Assembly (NCBI GenBank): GCA_043822305.1
Contig: JBDRBU010000095.1
Coordinates: 1-27,527, forward strand
Direction of reading: 5' to 3'
Source of the DNA: Candidatus Firestoneibacteriota bacterium
GTDB lineage: Bacteria > Oederibacteriota > D2-FULL-39-29 > JBDRBU01
Length of the DNA: 27,527 nt
Within the stretch, counting starts at the first letter, position 1. Each line of letters starts with the position of its first letter. Under the pieces are notes generated by a model that was not told where the DNA came from, made no database searches, and saw only the letters and a program-made list of their open reading frames with translations. The translations under genes were made by a program, and so were the position numbers. Shown here piece by piece: positions 17,207 to 25,874 of this stretch.

Positions 17207-19012
17207 TTAATTTCTCTTTTTAAACAAATCTTTTAGCTGTTGACTTATTTTTGTCTTTGCCTTTATCTCTTTTTTTAATATCGGTGCTTCAACTACTTTT
17301 ATTACGGTTTTTTTAGATATAACCGCTTTTGATACCTTGATACCAAGTACGCCTTGTCTACTTTCAGATTTAATACAACCTGCGTCTATCAAATTATGTG
17401 TTGTTTGCCAATTCTTCCATTGTTTTAATACAATAGCTAATCTTGGTTCCAACCAGTTGCTAATCCCCTTCGTCTTTTCATCTCTTGCTTCTGGTGAATC
17501 AATACTTGCCATAAAAACAGAATAATTCAAATCTATGCCTTTCAAATCAATCCCATCGCCTCTTTTTACCTCTCTGGTTTTTTCTGCACACAAGATTGAC
17601 ATTTTCATACTCGCCACTTGTTGTCCTCTTTGAGCATGAGCAGTATCTCTACCTTTTTTAAATACACCTCTTGGTAGACTTACTATACCAAATATCTTGC
17701 AGTATTTTACAATATACCGCCTTAAAAAATCATCTTGCGAATTTGAAAACAATCCTTCTGGCAATATTAGGCATATCTTACCCCCTAATTTTGTGGACTT
17801 TACTGCTTGTTGTACAGAAAAATTGTATTCCGAGAATACATCATCACGCCCATTTAAATCTATATCTGAATCCAAGTATTTCAAAACCTTGCCTATATCA
17901 TCTTTCTCATATTGATTACTACCTGCTGGATTTCCTATTATTAAATCCCAACCAGAACCGTAGTTAAACAAACCATTATCACATAATACAGGCATTGCAT
18001 TTATTTTTTCTTTACCATATATACCAAAATAAATTGCCAAATATGTTTTGGAAATAATATAAGGCAACTCGTCTATGTCTATTCCCTTGATGTTTTCAAG
18101 AGGTAACCGTCCTTTATCAAGCACTGATGCCAAATAACCACCACTACCACACTCAAAGTCCATAACCTTCCAGTTTGGCTGGATATCCACCAAATCAGTC
18201 ATGAAAGCAATTATGCACTGTTCTGTCATATACTGATTTAATTCTGCACCCTGAAACGATCTTATTGCAAAACTTCTAAACTCTTTGGCGTTATCCGGGT
18301 TAAGAGAGTTTATAATATCGTATTGTTTGAATAGCTGTCTAATTTCAGATTGCCTGTCTTTGTGTCCATCTAAACTAACATAGGGTTTTCTGCTCATATA
18401 ATCATTTGGTTCCTCAAGATAGGATAATATCTGATGTGCAACATTTTTAATAACATCTTTCGTTATCTTTCTGTCTTTATCCGTGTTGTAAATTGCCATT
18501 AACTCATCAAGAAAATCTTTTCGGAAACTATCTTTGCTCAATATCTTTGGTTTATAGCCAACTAACAAACCGTATCTTTCAAGAACTTCCTTAAACGGAA
18601 TAATATTATCGGCCTTTTCTAACCAATCCTTATAATCTTCCCCATCTAGTTTGTAATTATGCACATAAAAATTTATTTCTTTACCTTTTGCAACAATAAT
18701 AAAACGTGGTCTACGACCATCTTTTGAATATTCTCTTTTATCTTTTGGATAATTTCTTACATAAGATAAAGATTGATCTTTAGCATCTTCCTCTGATTTA
18801 TCTGGTTTTTTTGCTTCTAATAGAACGACAGGAACATCATCCCAATAATAAACTACATCTGGTTTCTTTACGCCTGAACCAAGACGTACTGGTATTTCGC
18901 AAATTTTCACATGTTTATCATCCCTTAAATCAGGATAACCATAATGCTCTGTTAAATACGGTAAAACCGATTGTATCTCAAATGATATTTCAGATCTTTT
19001 CTTATTTGCCAC
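17207..19012 (-). CDS. HsdR_N-like PD-(D/E)XK nuclease fused to a degenerate N6-MTase domain
   Basis: E..V...KKPDVV....VLLEAKK nuclease motif; MTase motifs QYMTE, DFECGSGG, GIDID and IIGNPAG in place of NPPY/F. GTG start with AAGGAG RBS. Confidence 0.8.
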   Translation of the reverse strand: MANKKRSEISFEIQSVLPYLTEHYGYPDLRDDKHVKICEIPVRLGSGVKKPDVVYYWDDVPVVLLEAKKPDKSEEDAKDQSLSYVRNYPKDKREYSKDGRRPRFIIVAKGKEINFYVHNYKLDGEDYKDWLEKADNIIPFKEVLERYGLLVGYKPKILSKDSFRKDFLDELMAIYNTDKDRKITKDVIKNVAHQILSYLEEPNDYMSRKPYVSLDGHKDRQSEIRQLFKQYDIINSLNPDNAKEFRSFAIRSFQGAELNQYMTEQCIIAFMTDLVDIQPNWKVMDFECGSGGYLASVLDKGRLPLENIKGIDIDELPYIISKTYLAIYFGIYGKEKINAMPVLCDNGLFNYGSGWDLIIGNPAGSNQYEKDDIGKVLKYLDSDIDLNGRDDVFSEYNFSVQQAVKSTKLGGKICLILPEGLFSNSQDDFLRRYIVKYCKIFGIVSLPRGVFKKGRDTAHAQRGQQVASMKMSILCAEKTREVKRGDGIDLKGIDLNYSVFMASIDSPEARDEKTKGISNWLEPRLAIVLKQWKNWQTTHNLIDAGCIKSESRQGVLGIKVSKAVISKKTVIKVVEAPILKKEIKAKTKISQQLKDLFKKRN

Positions 19013-19041
19013 TTGACAATTCTCCTTAAATTTTGTATACT
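19013..19041 (+). promoter_or_regulatory. Antisense sigma70 promoter P1
   Basis: TTGACA (19013-19018), 17 bp, TATACT (19036-19041); overlaps the RBS of the nuclease gene on the other strand. Confidence 0.6.
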
Positions 19042-19079
19042 TAACCAGAAATAATTTGATGATTTAAAAATGTTTCACC

Positions 19080-19108
19080 TTGACAAACAACACTTTTTAC
19101 TGTATAAT
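19080..19108 (+). promoter_or_regulatory. Perfect-consensus sigma70 promoter P2
   Basis: TTGACA (19080-19085), 17 bp, TATAAT (19103-19108). Confidence 0.85.
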
Positions 19109-19114
19109 GCTTAT

Positions 19115-19199
19115 AGTAGAAAACTAACTTTGATTAAAAAGGGATTGGGGTGTCTCCCAGTCGGTAGAAGCCTCTCGCAAGAGAGGCTTTCTGCTTTTT
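19115..19199 (+). ncRNA. Candidate DUF3800-associated structured small RNA (~85 nt)
   Basis: Downstream of P2. Hairpin GATTGGGG-TGTC-TCCCAGTC (19143-19162), then a GCAA-tetraloop hairpin (19164-19194) and T5. Convergent with and abutting the DUF3800 stop codon. Confidence 0.7.
19164..19199 (+). terminator. Intrinsic terminator of the small RNA
   Basis: GTAGAAGCCTCTC-GCAA-GAGAGGCTTTCTGC followed by TTTTT. Confidence 0.75.
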
Positions 19200-19938
19200 A
19201 TGGAAACAATTTCAAACCCCATCCTTCATACTCCCCAGAATCATTACAGTAAATCTTATCCTTAACAACTTCAAACGGTATGTAAGGTTCACTTGGATTA
19301 ATTAACCGTCTTGCTAAAGGATAAGCAATTAAATCAGCGAGTTGTAATCCGATACTGTTGTCTTTCTTATCTAAAAATCCGAAACTGGTTATTTTGCTAT
19401 GCATTCTTTCCCTTGTAACATAAAAAGTTCCTCTATCTATAATTGAATTAAAATGTGACGCCAACATTCTGTCCTCGTTTTTTCCTCTTTTTTCAACGAT
19501 AATTTCTATTTGTGCGTCTTTATCTACTTTATCAAGACAAAATATCATTCGTTCTACAACGAAAGACAACGAAATGCTATATGGATCTTTTGCATCCTTT
19601 CCATATTTTTTAATGTAATTTTCCTTGTTTATCCCTGAACCAATAACAGTATATTCAGCCTGAGCAAGTATCTGATTTAAGTCAGCATAAAACTTGGCTT
19701 TTATATCTAAATTAAATAATATTTGGAAAGCCCCCTCGCATTTTCTTATTTCACGAGAGTGTAAAATAACAGTCTCTGTTTTAAAATACCTGTGTTTAAA
19801 ATCATTAATATCTTTCTTTAAAATATTCAGTTTGTCTTCTTTAATAATACAACCACATAAAAGAAATAATGGAAAATTTTTATCAATAGAACTTAACCCA
19901 TGGTCACCAGTCTCATCCAAGAAAAAACAATATTTCAT
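19198..19938 (-). CDS. DUF3800 domain protein (predicted RNase H-like fold)
   Basis: N-terminal FLDETGD, LHSREIR, VEKRG, C-terminal GLQLADLIAYP; TAATG overlap with the upstream S gene. Confidence 0.85.
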   Translation of the reverse strand: MKYCFFLDETGDHGLSSIDKNFPLFLLCGCIIKEDKLNILKKDINDFKHRYFKTETVILHSREIRKCEGAFQILFNLDIKAKFYADLNQILAQAEYTVIGSGINKENYIKKYGKDAKDPYSISLSFVVERMIFCLDKVDKDAQIEIIVEKRGKNEDRMLASHFNSIIDRGTFYVTRERMHSKITSFGFLDKKDNSIGLQLADLIAYPLARRLINPSEPYIPFEVVKDKIYCNDSGEYEGWGLKLFP

Positions 19939-20777
19939 TAAACAATATCCTTACGTTCACCACGAATAACCGCTTCGGTGCGTGCGATTAAATCTTTGAG
20001 CATTGTTTCTGCTTTTTCAATGTTCTTGGTATAACCTGTTTCATCACCTTTTGATTTCGTTTCCATTGCTTTGTCGTGATAAGCAGACATACTTTTATAT
20101 TCTTTTTCTATATTATTTTGAACATCTTCTGAAATAATTGGAATTTTGATTAATTGAAATTCATCACTATTCAAGTGTTCTATACCTGTTCCATTTTTTA
20201 ATATATCCATATACGTTTTACCAAAATTACTTTTAAGATACACATATAAATAAAAAGGATTAACATATTTAACCCTGAATATACATAAATCACAAGTAAC
20301 TGCCGGCCCATAATTTTTCTCTATTAAAAGCATTTTACCTATAGAACCACTAAAAGCAACTAATAAATCTCCTTTGTGAGGTTGAGACCTCTTTAATCTT
20401 TCATAAGTATTTTTTGTAACTTTTTTTACTTTATATAACTGTAAGCCAGTGTTAGATATCACATCAGATTTAAGATACAAAACACCATCTTCACTATTTG
20501 TATATTTCTCGTTTAATTTACTTCTAATATGGTCTCCTACTATTATTTCTTTCCTCAATTCATATAAATACTTTACTTCATATTTCTTCTTAACAATTTC
20601 TGTTATACTTTCTATTACGGGAGAATAATATTTGCTATCCCATCTACTCCATTTTAAAGTATCAGTTTCACATGCGTCCACTAAATCTTTTGCTGTCTTA
20701 TCCACCCTAACCATAACCGCTTGGTTTCCGTTCGTATCTTTTGTAATCTGAAGATAATCGGTATTTTTAATATTCAT
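19938..20777 (-). CDS. Type I-like RM specificity subunit with a single target-recognition domain
   Basis: RWDSKYY linker motif, KGDLLVAFSGSIGK, NPFYLYVYLKS.FGK, GTGIEHLN....IKIP, helical C-terminus; AAGGAGG RBS. Confidence 0.78.
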   Translation of the reverse strand: MNIKNTDYLQITKDTNGNQAVMVRVDKTAKDLVDACETDTLKWSRWDSKYYSPVIESITEIVKKKYEVKYLYELRKEIIVGDHIRSKLNEKYTNSEDGVLYLKSDVISNTGLQLYKVKKVTKNTYERLKRSQPHKGDLLVAFSGSIGKMLLIEKNYGPAVTCDLCIFRVKYVNPFYLYVYLKSNFGKTYMDILKNGTGIEHLNSDEFQLIKIPIISEDVQNNIEKEYKSMSAYHDKAMETKSKGDETGYTKNIEKAETMLKDLIARTEAVIRGERKDIV

Positions 20778-21694
20778 AATTTCGCCTCCTTGAATGCTTT
20801 TGATACTACATACAAATAATCTATTCTTTCCACAGAGGCAAGAAACACTCTGTAGTCCAACGATATTGTCTCATTTTCTTTTAATTTCGTCAAAAACAAA
20901 ATACTTGTTTTGGCAGATGTTCCAGACTCTTTAAAAGTACCTCTCGGTAAAGAAACGATACCGTTTATTTTCGTTTTTTCTGCAATAAATTTTCTTACAT
21001 AATGCAAATTGGAATTGCTCAAGATACCGTCTGGAATAATAATCGCAATATGTCCATTAGGTTTTGCAAGTTTAATGAACTGTTCTACAAATAATATTTC
21101 TATAGGATATTTTTTTAGCCTTTCTTCCCGTTTCTTGCCTAAAATTTCTGGCGTTCCATCTTCAAGAGAGAGAGAGTACTGATCACCATTGCTTTCCTTT
21201 AATGCTCTACGCCAAATTTCGTATTCTAATAGAGCATCTTGCAACACTGGTGTTATCTCTTGTAAACCCACTCCACCATAAGGCGGATTCCCCACAACTA
21301 AATCATATTCATTAAGACCGCCTGTTTTATATCTTAAGGTTTTTTTTGGTAAAGGCAGTAAACCATTTTGATGGTAAAAATGCAAATCTAATTGAACTCT
21401 TGAACCAAATGCTTTTAATAGTGTTATCTTTTCCCATTTCTCTTTTACTCTATCGTCTAAGTCAATACCAAACACATATTTTGGTTGTGTTATTTCTTTA
21501 TCTAAAGCAACCTTTAAAAATACTCCTTCACCACAAGCTGGGTCTATTATTGATGGATAATGTGTTCGTTCCTTCCATTTTTTTTCTTTATCAATCTGGA
21601 CTTTTAGCATATCATAAATAAACTCTACCACCGCCTGTGGTGTAAAGAATTGCCCTAAATCCTGTTGTCTTTTTAATTCTTCTTTTTCACCCAT
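20774..21694 (-). CDS. N6-adenine DNA methyltransferase (HsdM-like catalytic domain only)
   Basis: GQFFTP, IIDPACGEGVFL, FGIDLD, VVGNPPY, IIPDGILSN, VSLP..TF..SGT.AKTSIL. Confidence 0.92.
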   Translation of the reverse strand: MGEKEELKRQQDLGQFFTPQAVVEFIYDMLKVQIDKEKKWKERTHYPSIIDPACGEGVFLKVALDKEITQPKYVFGIDLDDRVKEKWEKITLLKAFGSRVQLDLHFYHQNGLLPLPKKTLRYKTGGLNEYDLVVGNPPYGGVGLQEITPVLQDALLEYEIWRRALKESNGDQYSLSLEDGTPEILGKKREERLKKYPIEILFVEQFIKLAKPNGHIAIIIPDGILSNSNLHYVRKFIAEKTKINGIVSLPRGTFKESGTSAKTSILFLTKLKENETISLDYRVFLASVERIDYLYVVSKAFKEAKL

Positions 21695-21695
21695 A

Positions 21696-24644
21696 TTATT
21701 TAATCTTAAACAGCGTTACCGCTATTAGTTCTTCCTCACTTGTTAATTCAAGTTTTTTGTTTATATCCTCGTAATCTTTTTGCTTTAGTTTGTTTGCTTC
21801 TTTTTTTAATTGTATTTGTTCTACCTGCAATTTATCAATCTTTAATGTAAGGTCTTGTATTTTTTTATGTAATTCCCTGCGTTCAGATAAATCTGCTGAC
21901 GATTCTCTCTTGCGATTTAATTCATCTTTCTCTTCCTCTGCTTTTTTAATCTGGTCATCAACACGCAAACTATAGTCCTTATAATATCTATCTATCCTAT
22001 CAATCTCTCGGTCGTAGAGCCGTTCGTTGCGTCGCTGATATTTTTCAAATACCTGTTTTTTCCATTCGTTCCAAACACTTAAAACTTTTTGCTCATCAAG
22101 AGGTGATTCGTTTACAGTTTCATTCTGCTGTTCTACATCAAGCGATAGTAATTCCTCCGCAACCTCTAAACTTACTGGTTCATAAACATTGTCTTTTTTT
22201 ATAAATGTCATTGGTGCCAATAAATCTGTCTCTTCAACACCGATTACTTTAAGTTTAAACAGATAGATTATACCCTCTTTATTTAATAAAGGATCTATTA
22301 AAGTATATTTTTTATTAGATTTTGAGTATATAAAATTGTTAATCGGAATAGGAACTGTACCTAAATTCAAAGAGCTTTTTATGGCTTCATCTGCTATCGG
22401 ACTTTCTTTGCTCATTCTTACGACTTTACCAATTTCAACATCCGCAAGTTCCCTAAATGCAAGTATCTTTTCACCATAACCATACAGATGTTTACTTTCG
22501 TCTTTCTCTATAAGTTTACCATCATAGTACAACTTGCATAGTCTTAATAAATCCCTATCAAACTCTGACAAACTCTTATTCAAATCATTTTTTGTCTTTT
22601 CAAATAATTCTCTTACTGGTTCATCAAAATACTCAGTAATGTGATTTCTGATACTTTCTATCTCGTCTTGTATTTTAGATTGAATATTATTTTGCAACTC
22701 GTCAAATGCTTTGTCTATATCCTCTGCCGTCCTGCATGTCTGATAAATCTCAAGTATCTTTTTCTCAAAATCAACACCCGATTCCAATAGCCCTAATATT
22801 TCATCTGATGTTCCAAATAAGCCGTCAAATAAATGCAGTTTATATTCTAAGAGTTCAAGCACTCTCTGGTCAGCCCTATTTTTTTTGTTTAAGAAATTCA
22901 CAACAAGCACATCATACTTCTGCCCATAACGATGACACCTACCTATCCTTTGCTCAACTCTCTGCGGATTCCAAGGGAGGTCATAATTAATTACAATATT
23001 ACAAAACTGCAAATTCAAACCCTCTGCACCTGCCTCTGTGGTTATTAGCACCTGTTTATTCTTTTCAAAATCACTTATTAATGCTTGTCTTATATTTGCA
23101 GAAGTAGAACCTTGTTCTGCCATTTCAGGATATTCCTTGCACCACTCTTTGTAAATCTGTTTTGCCTCTGGTGAATTATTTGAACCGTTAAATAACGTAT
23201 ATGTAATTTTTTCTTTTTCCAGTAATTTTCTTATGTATTCCTGCGTCCTTGTTGACTCGGTAAAAACAACCGCCTTTTGTGTCCAATTCTTTTCCTTCGC
23301 TATCTTAAATATCGTCTTCAGTGCTGTTATTAATGCGGTCCCTTTAGCATTATCTTTAATCTTTACAGCCAATTCATAAAATGCCTTTAATTCGGCAATT
23401 TCATTTTTAATATTCTCATCACTGAATAGTTTTTGGTCTACCTTTGTTTTGCTCTCACTTTGTTTTGTATCCTCGCTTTCAATCGTTTCTTCCTCAAACT
23501 CATCTTCTAATCCCTCGTCCTCTAAATTAGTTTCTGCAAATATCTCTGGCTCTTTCTTAACATTAGCCTTAACTTGCTTTCGCAATTCAAGTTCATCTTC
23601 CAAGAAATAGACAAGATGATTTAATGTACTTGCTATAGCAAAAGATGAGCTGGCAAGCAATTTTCTATATACCAAAACCATAAGGTTTCTTTGTGTAGAT
23701 TGTATTGCCGCAACTTGAGGACGCTGTAAGTATTCTGACACCTTTTCATACAAACTTAATTCCTCATCAGTAGGCGTAAAGTCTTGTGTAAATGCTTTTC
23801 TTTCAGTAAATTTTACAAAATCAGAAACTTGGTTTCTCAGGGTTCGTGTTAATATCCCGCTTACTTTATCTGCACCATATTTTTCCTCGCCTTTGATAAT
23901 AAGTCTTAACTCATTTAATTTTGCTTTGGATAATTCACTGTTTTTTGATAACACTTCTACAAACCTTTTCTTAAAACTATATGGTGTTCCCAATAGTTTA
24001 TCATCAATAAAACTGGCAATGCCATAGAGTTCCATAAGATTATTTTGCAAAGGTGTAGCGGTTAGCAGTAGTTTGCCAGAATTTTTCACTACATTTCTTA
24101 TTTCCCAAGCCATCTTTGAACTATCTTTACCTTTGTATACATTACGTAGGCGATGTGCTTCATCTATTACAAAACAATTCCATTTCTGTTTTTCAATAAG
24201 TCCTCGTTTTGCATAAGCAAAATGGTATGAAACAATAAAAATACCATCATAAGTAAGTGGAACTTTCTCTCCAGAGGCAACTTTGTCATCAAATAATTTA
24301 TTATCAACTACCTCTGAATCCAATCCAAAACGCAAGGATAATTCATCCTGCCATTGTTTTCTTAATGACGCTGGTGTAATTATTAATAAACGCCTTTTAC
24401 CCTCAGCCCATAATTGAGATATAACAATGCCAGCCTCAATAGTTTTTCCAAGCCCTACCTCATCAGCTAATATGGCACCTCTTTGCAATGGGCTGTCAAA
24501 AGCATACATGGCAGCATAAATTTGGTATGGATTGAGTTGTATTGACGATTTTGCTAAAGATGATGTAAGTCGATTAATATCACCAGCCATCTTTTTTAAG
24601 GATAGTTTTTCTGCTAAATATCTTTGTATAAAAATGTTAGACAT
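21696..24644 (-). CDS. SNF2-family helicase with C-terminal coiled coil
   Basis: ILADEVGLGKT, DEAH, LLTATPLQN, AVVFTES, TEAGAEGLNLQ, DLPWNPQRVEQRIGRCHRYGQ. Confidence 0.93.
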   Translation of the reverse strand: MSNIFIQRYLAEKLSLKKMAGDINRLTSSLAKSSIQLNPYQIYAAMYAFDSPLQRGAILADEVGLGKTIEAGIVISQLWAEGKRRLLIITPASLRKQWQDELSLRFGLDSEVVDNKLFDDKVASGEKVPLTYDGIFIVSYHFAYAKRGLIEKQKWNCFVIDEAHRLRNVYKGKDSSKMAWEIRNVVKNSGKLLLTATPLQNNLMELYGIASFIDDKLLGTPYSFKKRFVEVLSKNSELSKAKLNELRLIIKGEEKYGADKVSGILTRTLRNQVSDFVKFTERKAFTQDFTPTDEELSLYEKVSEYLQRPQVAAIQSTQRNLMVLVYRKLLASSSFAIASTLNHLVYFLEDELELRKQVKANVKKEPEIFAETNLEDEGLEDEFEEETIESEDTKQSESKTKVDQKLFSDENIKNEIAELKAFYELAVKIKDNAKGTALITALKTIFKIAKEKNWTQKAVVFTESTRTQEYIRKLLEKEKITYTLFNGSNNSPEAKQIYKEWCKEYPEMAEQGSTSANIRQALISDFEKNKQVLITTEAGAEGLNLQFCNIVINYDLPWNPQRVEQRIGRCHRYGQKYDVLVVNFLNKKNRADQRVLELLEYKLHLFDGLFGTSDEILGLLESGVDFEKKILEIYQTCRTAEDIDKAFDELQNNIQSKIQDEIESIRNHITEYFDEPVRELFEKTKNDLNKSLSEFDRDLLRLCKLYYDGKLIEKDESKHLYGYGEKILAFRELADVEIGKVVRMSKESPIADEAIKSSLNLGTVPIPINNFIYSKSNKKYTLIDPLLNKEGIIYLFKLKVIGVEETDLLAPMTFIKKDNVYEPVSLEVAEELLSLDVEQQNETVNESPLDEQKVLSVWNEWKKQVFEKYQRRNERLYDREIDRIDRYYKDYSLRVDDQIKKAEEEKDELNRKRESSADLSERRELHKKIQDLTLKIDKLQVEQIQLKKEANKLKQKDYEDINKKLELTSEEELIAVTLFKIK

Positions 24645-24678
24645 CTTTTCTCAGGTCTCTCAATAATTATCTGTTTTG

Positions 24679-24766
24679 GTAAATATTCACTCAACACTGT
24701 TTACCATACATTTCAATAATTTCTGCTTGTCATCGCGAGATTAACGAAGTTAATCGTGGCAATCTC
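24679..24766 (+). repeat. Half copy of the composite MITE; includes the right direct repeat of the island
   Basis: GTAAATATTCACTCAACACTGTTTACCATACATTTCAATAATTTCTGCTTGTCATCGCGAG...GGCAATCTC aligns with the reverse complement of ~1242-1333. Confidence 0.8.
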
Positions 24767-24820
24767 TTAAAAAATGACTTCAGTAAGAATTTACTTTTAA
24801 CATTTCCATTTTTGTACTTA

Positions 24821-25864
24821 TTAAACTATCAGCAATCTCCCATCAGGATTAATCTTAGAATATAATGTCTTTCTTATCTCTTGCTTCTCTTTGTAAACAG
24901 AAATATGGTTATAATCTGGTTTTTCCCAATGAGGAAAATTTAACAGAACTTCTGAAAAATCTTTTAAAAGTTCATCTTCTGTTTCACCGATGTATTTACC
25001 ATCTATAAAAGTTTTAAAGATTTTTGTAAATTCATTCCACGCTACTTGTTCATAACCGGCTGGGATTGGATAAAAAAGCCCATTATTTTTCTTTACAGCT
25101 TTTAAATCACCATCTGCATCTCCAAGCATTAAAATATGATCATCTTTATATCCGCCTATTTTTTTTATTACTTCAATATGATGTGTTTTTGTGCCCATTT
25201 CTTGTCCGGCAATAGTCTGAATATATTTAGATATACCCTGATATTCCCAATAATTTGCTAAATCATCATATGGTGTTTGGGATACTACTATAATATCAGC
25301 CCTCTCGGACATTAATTCTAAAGATTCTCGGACATGACCAAAAGGTGGAATTTTAAGATTTACATATGGGAATGTCCAATTAACTGCTTCACTCCATCCT
25401 GATAATTTGTAAATATATAAACTGAAAGGCACTGTATCTAAAAATTTTTTTAAACTCGGATTTCCCAATCCTAATTTATTCTTATTGCAGTATTCTATAT
25501 ATTTATTAAGTGGTTCAATTTCTGGTAAAGTTATACATTTTTCTTTTATTACCTTCTCCACATCTTTCCTCTTATGTAATGCCTCTAATGTAAATTGTGT
25601 GGCCAGAAAACGATTACAACCTCTATGAATAGAAAATAAGTTATAATACTCTGCTATCTCACGAAAATAAGATTCTATCTCCCATAACTGATAAAATTCC
25701 ATATACTGTGGATGAAAAATCAACATTTGTTTTCCATTCATATTATCAGCCACACAACCATCTGTATCAATCGCCACAACAAAATCTTTTGTCCTCTTAA
25801 AACTCCTTAACTGCTGTTCTGAATCTTCTTTTATTTGTTTTTCTGTTAATCTAACAAAAGACAT
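24821..25864 (-). CDS. HAD superfamily hydrolase
   Basis: Motif I IDTDGC, motif II VVSQT, Lys in GTK, motif IV MLGDADGD. Confidence 0.82.
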   Translation of the reverse strand: MSFVRLTEKQIKEDSEQQLRSFKRTKDFVVAIDTDGCVADNMNGKQMLIFHPQYMEFYQLWEIESYFREIAEYYNLFSIHRGCNRFLATQFTLEALHKRKDVEKVIKEKCITLPEIEPLNKYIEYCNKNKLGLGNPSLKKFLDTVPFSLYIYKLSGWSEAVNWTFPYVNLKIPPFGHVRESLELMSERADIIVVSQTPYDDLANYWEYQGISKYIQTIAGQEMGTKTHHIEVIKKIGGYKDDHILMLGDADGDLKAVKKNNGLFYPIPAGYEQVAWNEFTKIFKTFIDGKYIGETEDELLKDFSEVLLNFPHWEKPDYNHISVYKEKQEIRKTLYSKINPDGRLLIV

Positions 25865-25874
25865 TTTTTACCCC

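Larger units (their letters stand above)
17165..24702 (-). mobile_element. Putative defence island inserted into the sugar-metabolism gene cluster
   Basis: Five RM/defence-type genes between the HAD and LarA genes, bounded by imperfect direct repeats; no integrase. Confidence 0.65.

Noticed and set aside
19139..19226. Partial complementarity between AAGGGATTGGGGT (19139-19151) and ACCCCATCCTT (19216-19226) in the DUF3800 3' end
   Set aside because: It is short, needs two bulges and lies beyond the terminator; likely chance.
19070..19252. 60-aa ORF on the + strand
   Set aside because: Its ATG lies upstream of promoter P2, it has no RBS, and it runs through the terminator into DUF3800. The region is better explained as an ncRNA, although P1 could in principle transcribe it.
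17207..24644. Calling the island DISARM, BREX, or classical Type I/III RM
   Set aside because: No drmA/B/C, pglZ/brxC, HsdR translocase or Mod/Res gene is recognisable.
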